Assembly (NCBI GenBank): GCA_002071085.1
Contig: MWEM01000006.1
Coordinates: forward strand, 10,198 to 74,197
Direction of reading: 5' to 3'
From: Thermotogota bacterium ADurb.Bin062
Lineage (GTDB): Bacteria > Thermotogota > Thermotogae > MWEM01
Length of the DNA: 64,000 nucleotides
Made by a program: the position numbers and the translations under genes. The notes below the pieces were generated by a model. It was not told the DNA's origin and did not search any database. It saw nothing but the letters and a program-made list of their open reading frames with translations. This document shows, piece by piece, positions 48,840-59,074 of this stretch (its first letter is position 1; the number at the start of each line of letters is the position of its first letter).

Positions 48840-50260
48840 CGGGAGGACCTCCTTTTTATTGGAAGGTCGTCGTCTTCGGTCATACTGAGGATCTTAGTCG
48901 CGATCCGGTATTCTTGTATCGCCTCTTCTTCTCGGTGCAGCAACCCCAGAAGGATGGCCATCTGGACGTGGTATTCGGCCACCTCGGGTTTGGAAAGGGA
49001 AGCCTTCTGATAGAAGGCCAACGCTTTTTTCTTCATACCGAGGGCTTTAGCTCCCTTCGCCTTCAACGAGGCCGGTAAAACCGCGATAAAGAGTAACAAA
49101 GCCAAAACGGGCACTCCGTAAATAAACACTGTGGGCCATCGCAACTTCTCTAACCAAGAGCCTTTCACGGAGCCTTTCGTGGTCACGACAACCGGTGTCG
49201 CGACAGCCGGTGTCGCGACAGTTTGGGGAGTTTTAGCGGCATAGTCCAAAATTCCCGAGCGGATCGCGTTGAGAACCATCGGAGAGAGGTCGCGTTCGTC
49301 GATAAAACCTTTCCATTTCCTTCGGATTTCGGCGGTGACCTCATCGCCGTACAGCCGGCTTTTCAAACCGTAGTTTTGTATGAAAGAGAGAATGAGCTTT
49401 TCCAGTCCTTCTTTATTGATCGTCAGGCGTTCGTAGCGGTCTACGAGTTCCATAGCGAGGGGCAACATAGAGAGGTAGGTATCCTGGGAGGCCAATGCCA
49501 CGCGGTTCTCCGCGATCAGGGTATCTTCTTTACAGGAAGCGTACGAAGACAACGAGAGGTAAGCCCGATGGAGCGTCTGGTCCGCCTTTTGACTGACCTG
49601 AGCCCCGTACAGGTAACCGGCCTGGTCCACATAAGACTTGGCCAGGCGCAGTTCTTTGGCGTAGTCGGCCTCGACCCTCGCCGTCACCAACTGTTGAACC
49701 ATCGACGCGTAAGCCCGGAGGTATTTTTCACCCAGCAACTTTACCATCGCCTTTAAAGACCTCTCGGGGTAGGTTCGATTGCTTTGGATTCCGTTCAGGA
49801 TGCCTTTCGCAATGTGGTAGTGCTCTTCATTCGTAAGAGAAAAAAACTCTTCGAACCCTTCTAACTGTCCGATCAAGAAATACGGAACGATTTTCTGAAA
49901 ATCGAAAGGGTTAAGGGCTTTTCGGAAGTCTTTTACGAAAAAGTCCATCAGTGGATAGAGCGGTCGATACCGCGATAGGCGGTCTTCTTCCAAAGCGAGC
50001 AGCCGAAGCGACTCCTCCGAATTCTCGGCTAAAATGGCTGTTAGAACCGGGCCTTTCAGGTCGGAATCCCGCAAGAGCCGCAACTTCATATAGATCCTGG
50101 TCCCGAGCGCGTCGACCGTCTCTTCCGATTCGAGTAAGTCGGGTTGCTCCACCAAGGTTTTCAAGAATCGTTCCCGGGTCCTCTCGAGCCATTCCGGTTC
50201 TTTCTGAAAATCGTAAAGGCTCTGCGCGCCGTAGTAGACGGTGGCGGTTTCTTGGGCCAT
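48836..50260 (-). CDS. Hypothetical helical protein with one TM and a C-terminal TPR
   Basis: Long ORF; TM near residue 380; TPR-like ALAFYQKA...P...YH...A..L.....EEAIQEY. Confidence 0.6.
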   Translation of the reverse strand: MAQETATVYYGAQSLYDFQKEPEWLERTRERFLKTLVEQPDLLESEETVDALGTRIYMKLRLLRDSDLKGPVLTAILAENSEESLRLLALEEDRLSRYRPLYPLMDFFVKDFRKALNPFDFQKIVPYFLIGQLEGFEEFFSLTNEEHYHIAKGILNGIQSNRTYPERSLKAMVKLLGEKYLRAYASMVQQLVTARVEADYAKELRLAKSYVDQAGYLYGAQVSQKADQTLHRAYLSLSSYASCKEDTLIAENRVALASQDTYLSMLPLAMELVDRYERLTINKEGLEKLILSFIQNYGLKSRLYGDEVTAEIRRKWKGFIDERDLSPMVLNAIRSGILDYAAKTPQTVATPAVATPVVVTTKGSVKGSWLEKLRWPTVFIYGVPVLALLLFIAVLPASLKAKGAKALGMKKKALAFYQKASLSKPEVAEYHVQMAILLGLLHREEEAIQEYRIATKILSMTEDDDLPIKRRSSR

Positions 50261-50280
50261 AAGGCCGCAAGCGAGGCCAA

Positions 50281-51858
50281 TCAGGACGACAAAGAAAAGA
50301 ACAAGAGGGGATTTTTGCCTCTGAGCGCCTCCGGTAACATCGCCTCGGGTTCGAAACGGTAGAGAAAGACCTCGGTGCGCACCGTCAGTTTCACATCCTC
50401 TTCGAGAACCCCTATGACTTCTCCGTCGATGTAGTATTCTCGTTTCCTCCTATACTCCGTATTATCGAAAAAAAGCCGCTCGTAGCGTTCCTTAAATCGC
50501 AGCGTGGACTCCAAAAGTTCTTGAGCCGTCCGTTCGGTGAGGTTGAAGTCCAATTCCAAAGCCTTTTTCATCAAGTGGTCGATGAGAACTTTGAAAGCCG
50601 GTGTCGGGCGTAAACCCAAAGCCAGCAGAGTCTTCCCAGAGAAAAAACGCTCACAACGGCTGATCTTCGGCATCATCCGGCGCACCGCTTTCACGATCTC
50701 TTTGTGAGCCTTCCCCTCGTCGGTTTCTAAGAAAAGCGGATCGGCGGCGCACCTGTCCGCTTGGACGAACCTGAAAAATCGATTGTGGGCTTTCGGCTCG
50801 CGAAAATGCATACTCGCTTCCTTAATCGCGCTTCGCGAGGTCACAGGAACCTGGTGGAACCGGATGATCTTTTCCACGGGATCGACAATTCTCTTCGGCA
50901 GCCCCCAATCTTTGGCCGTCTCAAGGAGGAGCTCGACACTCCTCTCCTCCGGGTGATAATTGTCACGGGGCGCGGTTTCTTCATCCGTAGACGATACGCG
51001 GGAAAAACCGTCTCGTGTTCCCACGTCGTGGAAAAACCCAGCCCATTTTAGCAAGGGATCGGAGCCGCAGCCAGCGATCACGCGAAGGCTGTGTTCGAAG
51101 ACGCTCTGGCCAAAATACGGCCGGTCCTCGAGTCTGCGGTCGAGCGGCCCCGTCAGTAAGGGGAAAAGCTCGCGGAACAAACGCGTCTTCTTCAGCTCTC
51201 GCAAGGCCTTCACGACATACGGCGAAGAGAACAGTTTTTCGAGTTCTCGCGACACCCGTTCCTTCGCCACCAACCGAACCGTCGGGGCGTGCCGGTGGAT
51301 CCATTGAAAGGTCAAATCCTCTATCTCGAATCCGAATTCCCCTTGGAATCGGAAAACGCGCACCAAGCGAACCGGATCATCGGTCAGATTCTTTTCCCGT
51401 GGACAGCGCAGGATTTTTGCCCGTAAGTCCGACCATCCCCCCGTGGGATCGATCACATCCTCAGGCCGTATCGACCCTTCCCAGTCGGGCTCCTCCTTGA
51501 GGATATCAAAGACCCTTTGACAAGAAAGCCCCATCGAATTGATGGTCAAATCCCGACGCGTCAGTTCTTCGTCGATCGTCAGGCCATTGAGGGAGACCAG
51601 ATCGATGGTCAGACCCTTCCAAAAAAACGTGAGGGTCATCTTCTCTCGATTCGAAAAAAAACCCTTCGCCAACCGTTCGCGGACCGTCTCCATAGGAGAA
51701 TCGACGGCGATATCGATGTCGATTGCACCTTTATGGTGTCGACGGGACCTTCGACGCATCAACAGGTCGCGGACGTATCCGCCCACGAAGTAAAACGGCC
51801 CGATGATCTCCGTCAACGACGAGAGAGAAGCCGAAGAGAGCGGAGTTTTCGGTTCCAA
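50281..51858 (-). CDS. Class II tRNA nucleotidyltransferase with HD domain (possibly CC-adding)
   Basis: VGGYVRD, DID, RRDLTINSM, DPTGG, DDPVR..R..RF, ERV..E, H...HD. Confidence 0.85.
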   Translation of the reverse strand: MEPKTPLSSASLSSLTEIIGPFYFVGGYVRDLLMRRRSRRHHKGAIDIDIAVDSPMETVRERLAKGFFSNREKMTLTFFWKGLTIDLVSLNGLTIDEELTRRDLTINSMGLSCQRVFDILKEEPDWEGSIRPEDVIDPTGGWSDLRAKILRCPREKNLTDDPVRLVRVFRFQGEFGFEIEDLTFQWIHRHAPTVRLVAKERVSRELEKLFSSPYVVKALRELKKTRLFRELFPLLTGPLDRRLEDRPYFGQSVFEHSLRVIAGCGSDPLLKWAGFFHDVGTRDGFSRVSSTDEETAPRDNYHPEERSVELLLETAKDWGLPKRIVDPVEKIIRFHQVPVTSRSAIKEASMHFREPKAHNRFFRFVQADRCAADPLFLETDEGKAHKEIVKAVRRMMPKISRCERFFSGKTLLALGLRPTPAFKVLIDHLMKKALELDFNLTERTAQELLESTLRFKERYERLFFDNTEYRRKREYYIDGEVIGVLEEDVKLTVRTEVFLYRFEPEAMLPEALRGKNPLLFFSLSS

Positions 51859-51862
51859 GGGT

Positions 51863-52831
51863 TCACCTGCTCTTTCGAACGATCGTTTCGAAGTCGAGAT
51901 CTTTGGTCCTCAGGTTCTCGTCGTGCATCCACCGTTCTTTAACGCGTACGTAGAGCTCCAGTCCCACCTTGCGATCGAAGAGGATTTCAATGTCGCGTTT
52001 CGCCGATAGGCGGATCTTCCGAATCATCTCTCCACCCTTCCCGATCAGAATTCCCTTGTGATTGTCACGGCTGACGAAGATCTCCGCGCGGATGGAGAGG
52101 CCCGAGGACGGTTTCTCATCGAGGTGTTCGATGTACACCCCCGTTTCGTACGGAATCTCCTTGGAGGTGTACCGGTATATCTTTTCTCGGATCAATTCCG
52201 AAACGATAAACCGGATCGGTTTGTCGATCAAGACCTCGGGGTCGTAGAGAAAGTCCCCTTCCGGTAGGCGGATTTTGATCCCTTCCATCAAACGAGCCAA
52301 GCCGACACCGGTCGTCGCTGAGGTTTGGTGAGTCTCCGCGAAAGGGCCAAATTCGGCCATATCGGCTAAAACTTTATCGATTTCAGTCGGTCCCGCCAGG
52401 TCGATCTTGTTCAGAACGGCAAAGACCGGGGGTTCGATCGATTGTATTTTATCATAAACGTACCGTTCGGCTTCGGTCACCCCGCGAGAGCAGTCGAAGA
52501 GCCACAGGACGAGGTCAGACCCCTCCAAAGCGCTTCTCACGGCCTTCGTCATATACTTGCCCAACGGGCCAATGGGCTTGTTTACCCCGGGCGTGTCGGA
52601 AAAGATGATCTGTGAGGTGCCGTCGGTGTAGACACAACGGATGTGATGCCACGTCGTCTGCGGTTTATCCGAGACGATCACGACCTTCTGCTGGAAGATC
52701 GCGTTGATGAGGCTTGATTTTCCGGTATTCGGTTTTCCGACAAGCGTGACGATTCCTGATCGAATGAGCGCACGTCCTTTCGCGAGACACGATAAATCGT
52801 GATTCATAATAAGAAGAAACCCCCTCCACAA
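51863..52831 (-). CDS. era: GTPase Era
   Basis: GKPNTGKS, QTT, DTPG, NKID, E.IRE, ILIGKGG KH domain. Confidence 0.96.
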   Translation of the reverse strand: MWRGFLLIMNHDLSCLAKGRALIRSGIVTLVGKPNTGKSSLINAIFQQKVVIVSDKPQTTWHHIRCVYTDGTSQIIFSDTPGVNKPIGPLGKYMTKAVRSALEGSDLVLWLFDCSRGVTEAERYVYDKIQSIEPPVFAVLNKIDLAGPTEIDKVLADMAEFGPFAETHQTSATTGVGLARLMEGIKIRLPEGDFLYDPEVLIDKPIRFIVSELIREKIYRYTSKEIPYETGVYIEHLDEKPSSGLSIRAEIFVSRDNHKGILIGKGGEMIRKIRLSAKRDIEILFDRKVGLELYVRVKERWMHDENLRTKDLDFETIVRKSR

Positions 52832-52874
52832 CCATCTTTCCTTAGTTTCGGGGGTCTATCGCTTTTGAGCGTAT

Positions 52875-52951
52875 TGGAGCAGGAGATGGGACTCGAACCC
52901 ATAACCTCCGCCTTACCAAGGCGGCGCTCTACCGATTGAAGCTACTCCTGC
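52875..52951 (-). tRNA. tRNA-Thr (GGT), CCA encoded
   Basis: GCAGGAG acceptor stem, CCGCC-TTGGTAA-GGCGG anticodon arm, TTCGAGTCC T loop, 3' CTCCTGCTCCA. Confidence 0.97.
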
Positions 52952-52966
52952 CAGAACAGCGGAGTT

Positions 52967-52995
52967 ATTTTACCATATAACCGATGCTTCGTCAA
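52967..52995 (-). promoter_or_regulatory. Sigma70 promoter of tRNA-Thr
   Basis: Minus strand TTGACG-17 bp-TAAAAT with TG extension. Confidence 0.8.
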
Positions 52996-53078
52996 GGCCG
53001 CGCACGGGGTATAGAGAGAAGCCGAATTCAGGTCCGCCACCATCAGCGACTCTCCCTGAACACCGACACGTCAAGAAA

Positions 53079-53608
53079 GTGCGTGTCAAGTTATGAGGTG
53101 CCATCAAGAAACAAGGCCAGAATCGATCGTGCGATTTGTAGTCCATGCGCAGCATCACGGCGTAAAAAAGACAAAAGGAGGATCGCGAGACTTCGTGAGT
53201 TTCCGAAGTCAGCCCGTTGGCTTCCTCGCGATGAGCCTCACACGGTTATCGCGGCGTAAGCGCTTCTTCTTTTCGCGACGGCGCGATACGTTTTTGTACA
53301 GGTTCTGAAAAATAGGGTTCGCACGGAGGGCACAGAGAACACAGAGAAAAGATTTTTGGAAACGCCTGGAAACGCCAAACTTTAGTTTGGCATGGTTAAA
53401 AAAAAGAGAAAGGCACCAGAGCGGGTCGCGAGACTTCGTGAACTTCCGAAGTCAGCCCTCTGGTTACCCCGCGATAACCTCATACGGGCATCGCGGCGTA
53501 AAAAAGAAAAAAGGAAGATCGCGAGACTTCGTGATCTTCCTAAGTCAGCCCGCTGGCTACCCAGCAATGAACCTCTTAGTTAAGTCACCCCATAACTTGG
53601 CCCACACC
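53079..53608 (-). repeat. Mosaic repeat array E (Z, W, Y, U, V, W, W, partial reverse Z)
   Basis: Z(rev) 53079-53145; W 53181-53232, 53425-53475, 53517-53568; Y 53248-53290; U ~53305-53348; V 53367-53391; Z fragment 53585-53608. Confidence 0.92.
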
Positions 53609-53728
53609 ACGTCAATAAACCGACTTGCCTCTTTTTGATAGAATACCGGTCTCGCCCCCGCGCGTTCTCTTCTCAGAAATTTTACCTGCTTCCTGTACAA
53701 TAGGTGTGACAAAAAAAGACGGGAGAAG

Positions 53729-54727
53729 GTGTCTCAGATAGTAGGAATACGCGATGTACCGCTAATTTTGGCGCCATTAGCCGGGGTGACGGACTACGCC
53801 TTCCGGGAATTGACTCGGACCACCGTCCCCGATTGCGTGGACGGGTTTTACACAGAGATGGTCAGCGTGAAAGGGCTACTGAACAAGAATCGCGGAAGCT
53901 TTCGGACTTTGCCGAAATTAGGCGAAAGGGCCGTCATTCAGTTGTTCGGTGCGGATCCTGCGGACTTTCCGAAAGCGATCGAGATCGTTCTCGCCCGCGC
54001 CCCGAATGCTGTAGGAATCGACATCAACGCGGCGTGCCCGGTCCGGAAAGTCGTGCGGAACGGCGCAGGAGCCGCATTGGCGAAAGATCTCCCAACCTTG
54101 CGCCGTATCTTGGAGGCAGCGGAACCTCCCGCGCACGCTGCCGGACGGCGGCTGACACTGAAAATCCGTAAGGGGTGGGAGGCAAACGTGAACTATCGAG
54201 AGGTCATCACGATGGCGATCGGTTGTGGAGTCGACGCGGTCGCACTACACGGTAGAACCGTCGAACAGGGATACTCTGGAACGGCAGACCTGACGGTTTT
54301 AGATGAAATACCGCAAGCGGAGTGTTCTCGCGTTCTGTGGAGTGGGGATATCGTTGACCCCCCTTCGCTCGCGAGAGTCGCTCGTTTTCCCATAGCGGGA
54401 GTGTTGATCGGGAGGGCTTCCATCGGTAACCCTTGGATTTTCCGAGAGCTGAAGAGCGCGATCCTTGGGAAAGACTACCGCCCGCCCGACGCCCAAGAGC
54501 GCGTTTGCGCCATTGAGCGCCACATCGCCTTGATGGAGGGAGAGATGCGCAGAGATAGGATATGCGGCGCCTTTAAGAAGTTCGTTGTCGGCTACACGAA
54601 GGGAATACCGATGGCGCGACCCACCCGAAACCGCCTATTGATGTCCACCGAGCTGGATGAACTGTTGAAAGGCCTGTATGCCTTTTTGTACGAAAACGAA
54701 ACCGCTATCCCGGTGGGGGAAGGATGA
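53729..54727 (+). CDS. dusB: tRNA-dihydrouridine synthase (DusB family)
   Basis: LAPLAGVTD..FR, TEMV, QLFG, DIN.ACP, KIR, HGRT. Confidence 0.9.
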   Translation: MSQIVGIRDVPLILAPLAGVTDYAFRELTRTTVPDCVDGFYTEMVSVKGLLNKNRGSFRTLPKLGERAVIQLFGADPADFPKAIEIVLARAPNAVGIDINAACPVRKVVRNGAGAALAKDLPTLRRILEAAEPPAHAAGRRLTLKIRKGWEANVNYREVITMAIGCGVDAVALHGRTVEQGYSGTADLTVLDEIPQAECSRVLWSGDIVDPPSLARVARFPIAGVLIGRASIGNPWIFRELKSAILGKDYRPPDAQERVCAIERHIALMEGEMRRDRICGAFKKFVVGYTKGIPMARPTRNRLLMSTELDELLKGLYAFLYENETAIPVGEG

Positions 54728-55266
54728 ACCCCCTACGCATCATCGGTATCGACCCCGGTTACGGGCGCGTAGGCGTCGGTCTGATCGAAGTAGAAGGAAA
54801 CCGCTACTCCTGGCTTTTCCACCGACTGATCGAAACCCCACGAGAGGCGTCTTTCCCCGAGCGGCTCGCGTTGATCTATTCTGAAATCCGCGCGATCTGC
54901 GAGACCCACGAGCCGGATGAAGCCGCGATAGAAAGACTGTTTTTCGTTAAAAACGTCACAACCGCGATGAAGGTCAGCGAAGCACGAGGGGTAATCGAAC
55001 TGGCGCTGTATCAACACCGGGTATCGATCTTCGAATATACCCCGTTCGAGATCAAGCAATCGGTAACCGGCAACGGGCACGCAGAAAAGGGGCAAGTTCA
55101 AAGAACCCTCGGGTTGTTGCTGAACTTGAAAGGCACACTCCATCAAGACGACGCCTCTGACGCGTTAGCCGCGGCCTTTTGTCACGCGAATTCCAGAAAA
55201 GTCGCGAAAGGGATTTCGGCCTATCTCAACCCCTCGACCCCTTCGCGACCGGGAGGCCCTCTATGA
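54724..55266 (+). CDS. ruvC: Holliday junction resolvase RuvC
   Basis: IIGIDPG, AIE, EARG, IKQSVTGNG.A.K.QV, DDASDALA. Confidence 0.96.
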   Translation: MNPLRIIGIDPGYGRVGVGLIEVEGNRYSWLFHRLIETPREASFPERLALIYSEIRAICETHEPDEAAIERLFFVKNVTTAMKVSEARGVIELALYQHRVSIFEYTPFEIKQSVTGNGHAEKGQVQRTLGLLLNLKGTLHQDDASDALAAAFCHANSRKVAKGISAYLNPSTPSRPGGPL

Positions 55267-58200
55267 AATACGTCATCGAATCGATCGATCACCCCCTTTC
55301 TGAGGTCTTAGGAAGGCTGGGGATAGCGGAATCAGCCCCCGAGGGGAAGGTTCTGTCGGTCGTACTGACGAAGGCGCAAGTGGTCGTCCGGATCTCCCAC
55401 AACCCCGACTCCCTAGACGCCGCGCACTTTTCTTTTATGGAAAAAGCCTTTGCCCGGTTCTTCTGCCTCCCCGCCCGGATCGAGACGGTCTTATCCGTTA
55501 CCGTTCATTCCGAGGACGAGAGGAACGAAGGAGAAGGAGCGCCGACGCTCGAAGCCGAAAGTAGCGAGATCGAGGATCCCGATAGTGCGTCCGTAAGCGT
55601 AACTGCCGAAGACCCGTCTGATGTCGAAACCGTTAACGAGCGGACGCCCTCGTCTGTAACCGCCGCTCACGTTCAGTTACACACCCACACGCATCTGAGC
55701 GCGATGGACTCGATCTTGTCCGTGGAAGCCTTGGTCGAACGGGCCGCGAAGTCAGGGCAAAAAGCCGTTGGGATAACCGATCACGAGGTCATCCAAGCCT
55801 TCCCCGAATTCTATGAACGCTGCCAGGCGCACAAGATCAAGCCCATCTTCGGGATGGAAGGCAACGTGGTCGACCTCACCCCGATCTTGATGAACGTAGA
55901 AAAACGTTATCCGGGCACAGAGATTAAATTCCTTCAAGCGGGTTGGGAGACGAAGCCCTTTTGTGTCATCGACTTCGAAACGACCGGTCTGAGCGCCCTT
56001 AGCGACGATATTATCGAAATAGGAGCTGTCAAGGTCTTAGAAGGAAAGATCGTCGATTCCTTCCAATCTTTCGTGAAGCCAAACGTGCCGATCAGGGAGA
56101 CGATCACGCGACTGACCGGCATCACCGAAGAGACCGTTCAAGAAGCGCCAACGCTCGCGCACGTGCTGCCAAAACTCAGAGACTTCATCGGAGACGAGGT
56201 GATCGTCGGCCACAATGTGAACTTCGACTATCAGTTCTACCAGCAGGCGTTACAAAAAACCGGTGAGAAGGTCACACACAGCGTAACACTGGACACGCTG
56301 GCCCTCGCGCGTTCTCTGTTGAAGATGCCGTCGTACACGTTGGACAAGGTCGCGAAAAAGCTGGCGCTGCGCGAGGAGTCCGGCGAGACGCTCGCCTTTC
56401 GCCACCATAGGGCGATAGAAGACGCGCGTGTCACCGGCTTGATTTTGATCGAACTGCTGCAAATGGCGAAAAAAGAGAAACGCTTCTCCTTTGAGGATAT
56501 TCAAGGCCTCCAAACCGAAATCGAGTTGAACCGCCTGCACGGGGACAGTTTTACGGTCTTTGTCCAGAATAAGCGCGGGCTGAAAAACCTATACCGTCTC
56601 GTTTCGATGAGCCATCTGGAGTATTTGGGTAAAGCCCCGCTCATTCCGAAAACCCGTCTCTCGGAGCATCGAACGGGGTTGTTTTTGGGAACGGGCAGCC
56701 CGAGCAGCGAGCTATCGAAGGCCTACCGTATGGGAAAGGACCGCGACGAGCTCATAGAAATAGCCCGGTTCTACGATTTCATAGAAATTATGCCTGCCGA
56801 CGCGTACACCGATTTAGAGGAAGGACTCAACGCGACGATCCTGAAAGAGATGTACGCGCGTTTTTATGAGATAGGGCGTGAGATCGGGTTACCGGCGCTT
56901 TTCACCGGGAACGTCCATTATCTGGATCCGCAGGATCATAAAGCGTGGAGCGTGCTCAAGATAAGCGATATGGCGATCCGCCGAAGGGGACAGCAATTCC
57001 CCCCATCGCTCTTTGACGACGTTAAGCTCCACTACCGAACAACGGAAGAGCTTCTGAGTTGCGCTGAAGAGATGTTGGGAGACGCGCAGAAAGCGCAAGA
57101 AGTCGTGATCCACAACCCGGCGCAGCTCGCGGACCAGATAGAATGGATACAGCCGATCACACGGACACTCCATCCGCCGATCATCGAGGGAGCCGAGGAA
57201 GAGATCAAAACTTTAACGATGAACAATATGCGCGCCGTCTACGGGAACGAGCCTCCGGAACAGATTACGGAGCGGGTCAAGCGAGAGTTGGACGCGATCA
57301 TCGGAAACGGTTACGCCGTGCTCTACCTCATCGCCCAGAAGATCGTCGCCCAGTCACTCAAAGACGGGTACTTGGTGGGATCGCGGGGTTCGGTCGGCTC
57401 CTCTCTCGTCGCGCATTTGTTGGAAATCACCGAAGTGAACCCGATGCCCCCGCACCTGGTCTGTCCCTACTGCCATCACTGTTGCTTTTCGGAGGACCCG
57501 TCCATCACATCCGGATACGATCTGCCCGATTCTTTCTGCCCGCAATGTGGCAAGAAGATGAGAAAGCACGGTCAAACGATCCCCTTCGAAACCTTTATGG
57601 GACTCAAAGGAAACAAGGTGCCGGATATCGACCTCAACTTTTCGGGGGAATACCAATCGAAAGCGCACAGGTTCATCGAAGAGCTGTTTGGCGCCGAACA
57701 CGTCTTTCGTGCCGGCACGATCAGCACGCTTGCGGAAAAGACCGCGTTTGGCTACGTGCTGAGATATGAGGAAGCGACGGGAGTCTCCTTGGGCGAAGCC
57801 GAAAAGGAACGGCTTGCCAAGTCCATCGCCGGCGTGAAACGCACCACGGGGCAGCACCCCGGTGGGTTGATGATCGTGCCAAAAAACTACGAAGTCTACG
57901 ACTTCACGCCGGTCCAGCATCCGGCGAACGATCGGCACACGGAGATTAAAACCACCCACTTCGATTACAACTCCATCCACGAAGACCTGGTAAAAATCGA
58001 CGCGCTCGGCCATGACGACCCGACCTTCATGCGATTCATTCAGGATTGCACCCGCGTGAATCCACTCACGATCCCGATGGATGACAGGAAGGTGATCGAT
58101 CTCTTCTCGGGGCTCAGACCGTTAAAAATCCGGAAGGGCCAGATACCGGATGTGGAGACGGGAACCCTGGGCGTTCCGGAGTTCGGGACCTCCTTCGTTC

Positions 58201-59054
58201 GCGGGATGCTGAAAGAAACGAAACCGAAGTCTTTTGCCGACCTCGTGCGGATATCCGGCCTATCGCACGGCACGGACGTTTGGTTGAACAACTCCCGCGA
58301 CTTGATCATTAATGGAAAAGTCGCCCTTTCGGAGGTCATCGCCTGTCGCGACGATATAATGATCGACTTGATCCGGAGGGGACTGGAACCGATGCAAGCC
58401 TTTTCTATCATGGAGCGCGTCCGGAAGGGGAAGGGCTTAAGCGGAGAAGAGGAGAAGTTGATGAAAGAGAAAGGAGTGCCCGAGTGGTTTTTGGAATCCT
58501 GCCGCAAGATCAAATACCTCTTCCCCAAGGCGCACGCGGTGGCCTACGTCTCGATGGGGTTCCGGGTGGCCTATTTCAAGCTCTACCACCCATTGGCCTT
58601 CTATTCGGCCTTTTTCACGATCAAAGGATGGGACTTCGACCTCTCCGTGGTGTTGAAAGGCCCAGAGGCGGTGAGAGAGAGCCTCCTCAGCACGAACGGC
58701 GGAAAGAACGGTGAGACGAAGAGCCGTCAGAAGGCCGAAGGAGAGAGGTTTGTCCACGAAGTGGCACTGGAAATGCTTCTGAGAGGGTTCGGCTTCTTGC
58801 CCGTCGATATCATCCGCTCGCATCCCTACCGTTTCGAGATCGAAGGCCAATCCCTTCGAATCCCTCTGAACAAGGTCCCGGGCTTGGGAGAAAAGGTCGC
58901 GCTATCCATTCAGCAAGCGAGGGAAGCGAAGCCGTTCTCTTCGATAGAGGACGTGAAAAAACGCACCTCGGTCTCCAACACCGTGATCGACCTCCTCAAA
59001 CAGTACAACGCCTTTGGCGATCTCTCGGACTCGGCGCAATACGCGCTCTTCTGA
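55263..59054 (+). CDS. polC: DNA polymerase III PolC-type
   Basis: PHP (HTH.SAMD), exonuclease (DFETTG, HN..FD, HRA..D), Zn finger, SRGSVGSS, PDID, TTGQHPGG, KYLFPKAHA. Confidence 0.96.
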   Translation: MKYVIESIDHPLSEVLGRLGIAESAPEGKVLSVVLTKAQVVVRISHNPDSLDAAHFSFMEKAFARFFCLPARIETVLSVTVHSEDERNEGEGAPTLEAESSEIEDPDSASVSVTAEDPSDVETVNERTPSSVTAAHVQLHTHTHLSAMDSILSVEALVERAAKSGQKAVGITDHEVIQAFPEFYERCQAHKIKPIFGMEGNVVDLTPILMNVEKRYPGTEIKFLQAGWETKPFCVIDFETTGLSALSDDIIEIGAVKVLEGKIVDSFQSFVKPNVPIRETITRLTGITEETVQEAPTLAHVLPKLRDFIGDEVIVGHNVNFDYQFYQQALQKTGEKVTHSVTLDTLALARSLLKMPSYTLDKVAKKLALREESGETLAFRHHRAIEDARVTGLILIELLQMAKKEKRFSFEDIQGLQTEIELNRLHGDSFTVFVQNKRGLKNLYRLVSMSHLEYLGKAPLIPKTRLSEHRTGLFLGTGSPSSELSKAYRMGKDRDELIEIARFYDFIEIMPADAYTDLEEGLNATILKEMYARFYEIGREIGLPALFTGNVHYLDPQDHKAWSVLKISDMAIRRRGQQFPPSLFDDVKLHYRTTEELLSCAEEMLGDAQKAQEVVIHNPAQLADQIEWIQPITRTLHPPIIEGAEEEIKTLTMNNMRAVYGNEPPEQITERVKRELDAIIGNGYAVLYLIAQKIVAQSLKDGYLVGSRGSVGSSLVAHLLEITEVNPMPPHLVCPYCHHCCFSEDPSITSGYDLPDSFCPQCGKKMRKHGQTIPFETFMGLKGNKVPDIDLNFSGEYQSKAHRFIEELFGAEHVFRAGTISTLAEKTAFGYVLRYEEATGVSLGEAEKERLAKSIAGVKRTTGQHPGGLMIVPKNYEVYDFTPVQHPANDRHTEIKTTHFDYNSIHEDLVKIDALGHDDPTFMRFIQDCTRVNPLTIPMDDRKVIDLFSGLRPLKIRKGQIPDVETGTLGVPEFGTSFVRGMLKETKPKSFADLVRISGLSHGTDVWLNNSRDLIINGKVALSEVIACRDDIMIDLIRRGLEPMQAFSIMERVRKGKGLSGEEEKLMKEKGVPEWFLESCRKIKYLFPKAHAVAYVSMGFRVAYFKLYHPLAFYSAFFTIKGWDFDLSVVLKGPEAVRESLLSTNGGKNGETKSRQKAEGERFVHEVALEMLLRGFGFLPVDIIRSHPYRFEIEGQSLRIPLNKVPGLGEKVALSIQQAREAKPFSSIEDVKKRTSVSNTVIDLLKQYNAFGDLSDSAQYALF

Positions 59055-59074
59055 GCGCGAAGAGGAAAAGGCTT

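Noticed and set aside
52875-53608. tRNA-Thr as a prophage or island integration site
   Set aside because: No integrase, no duplicated tRNA 3' end seen, and the flanks (era, dusB) are core genes.
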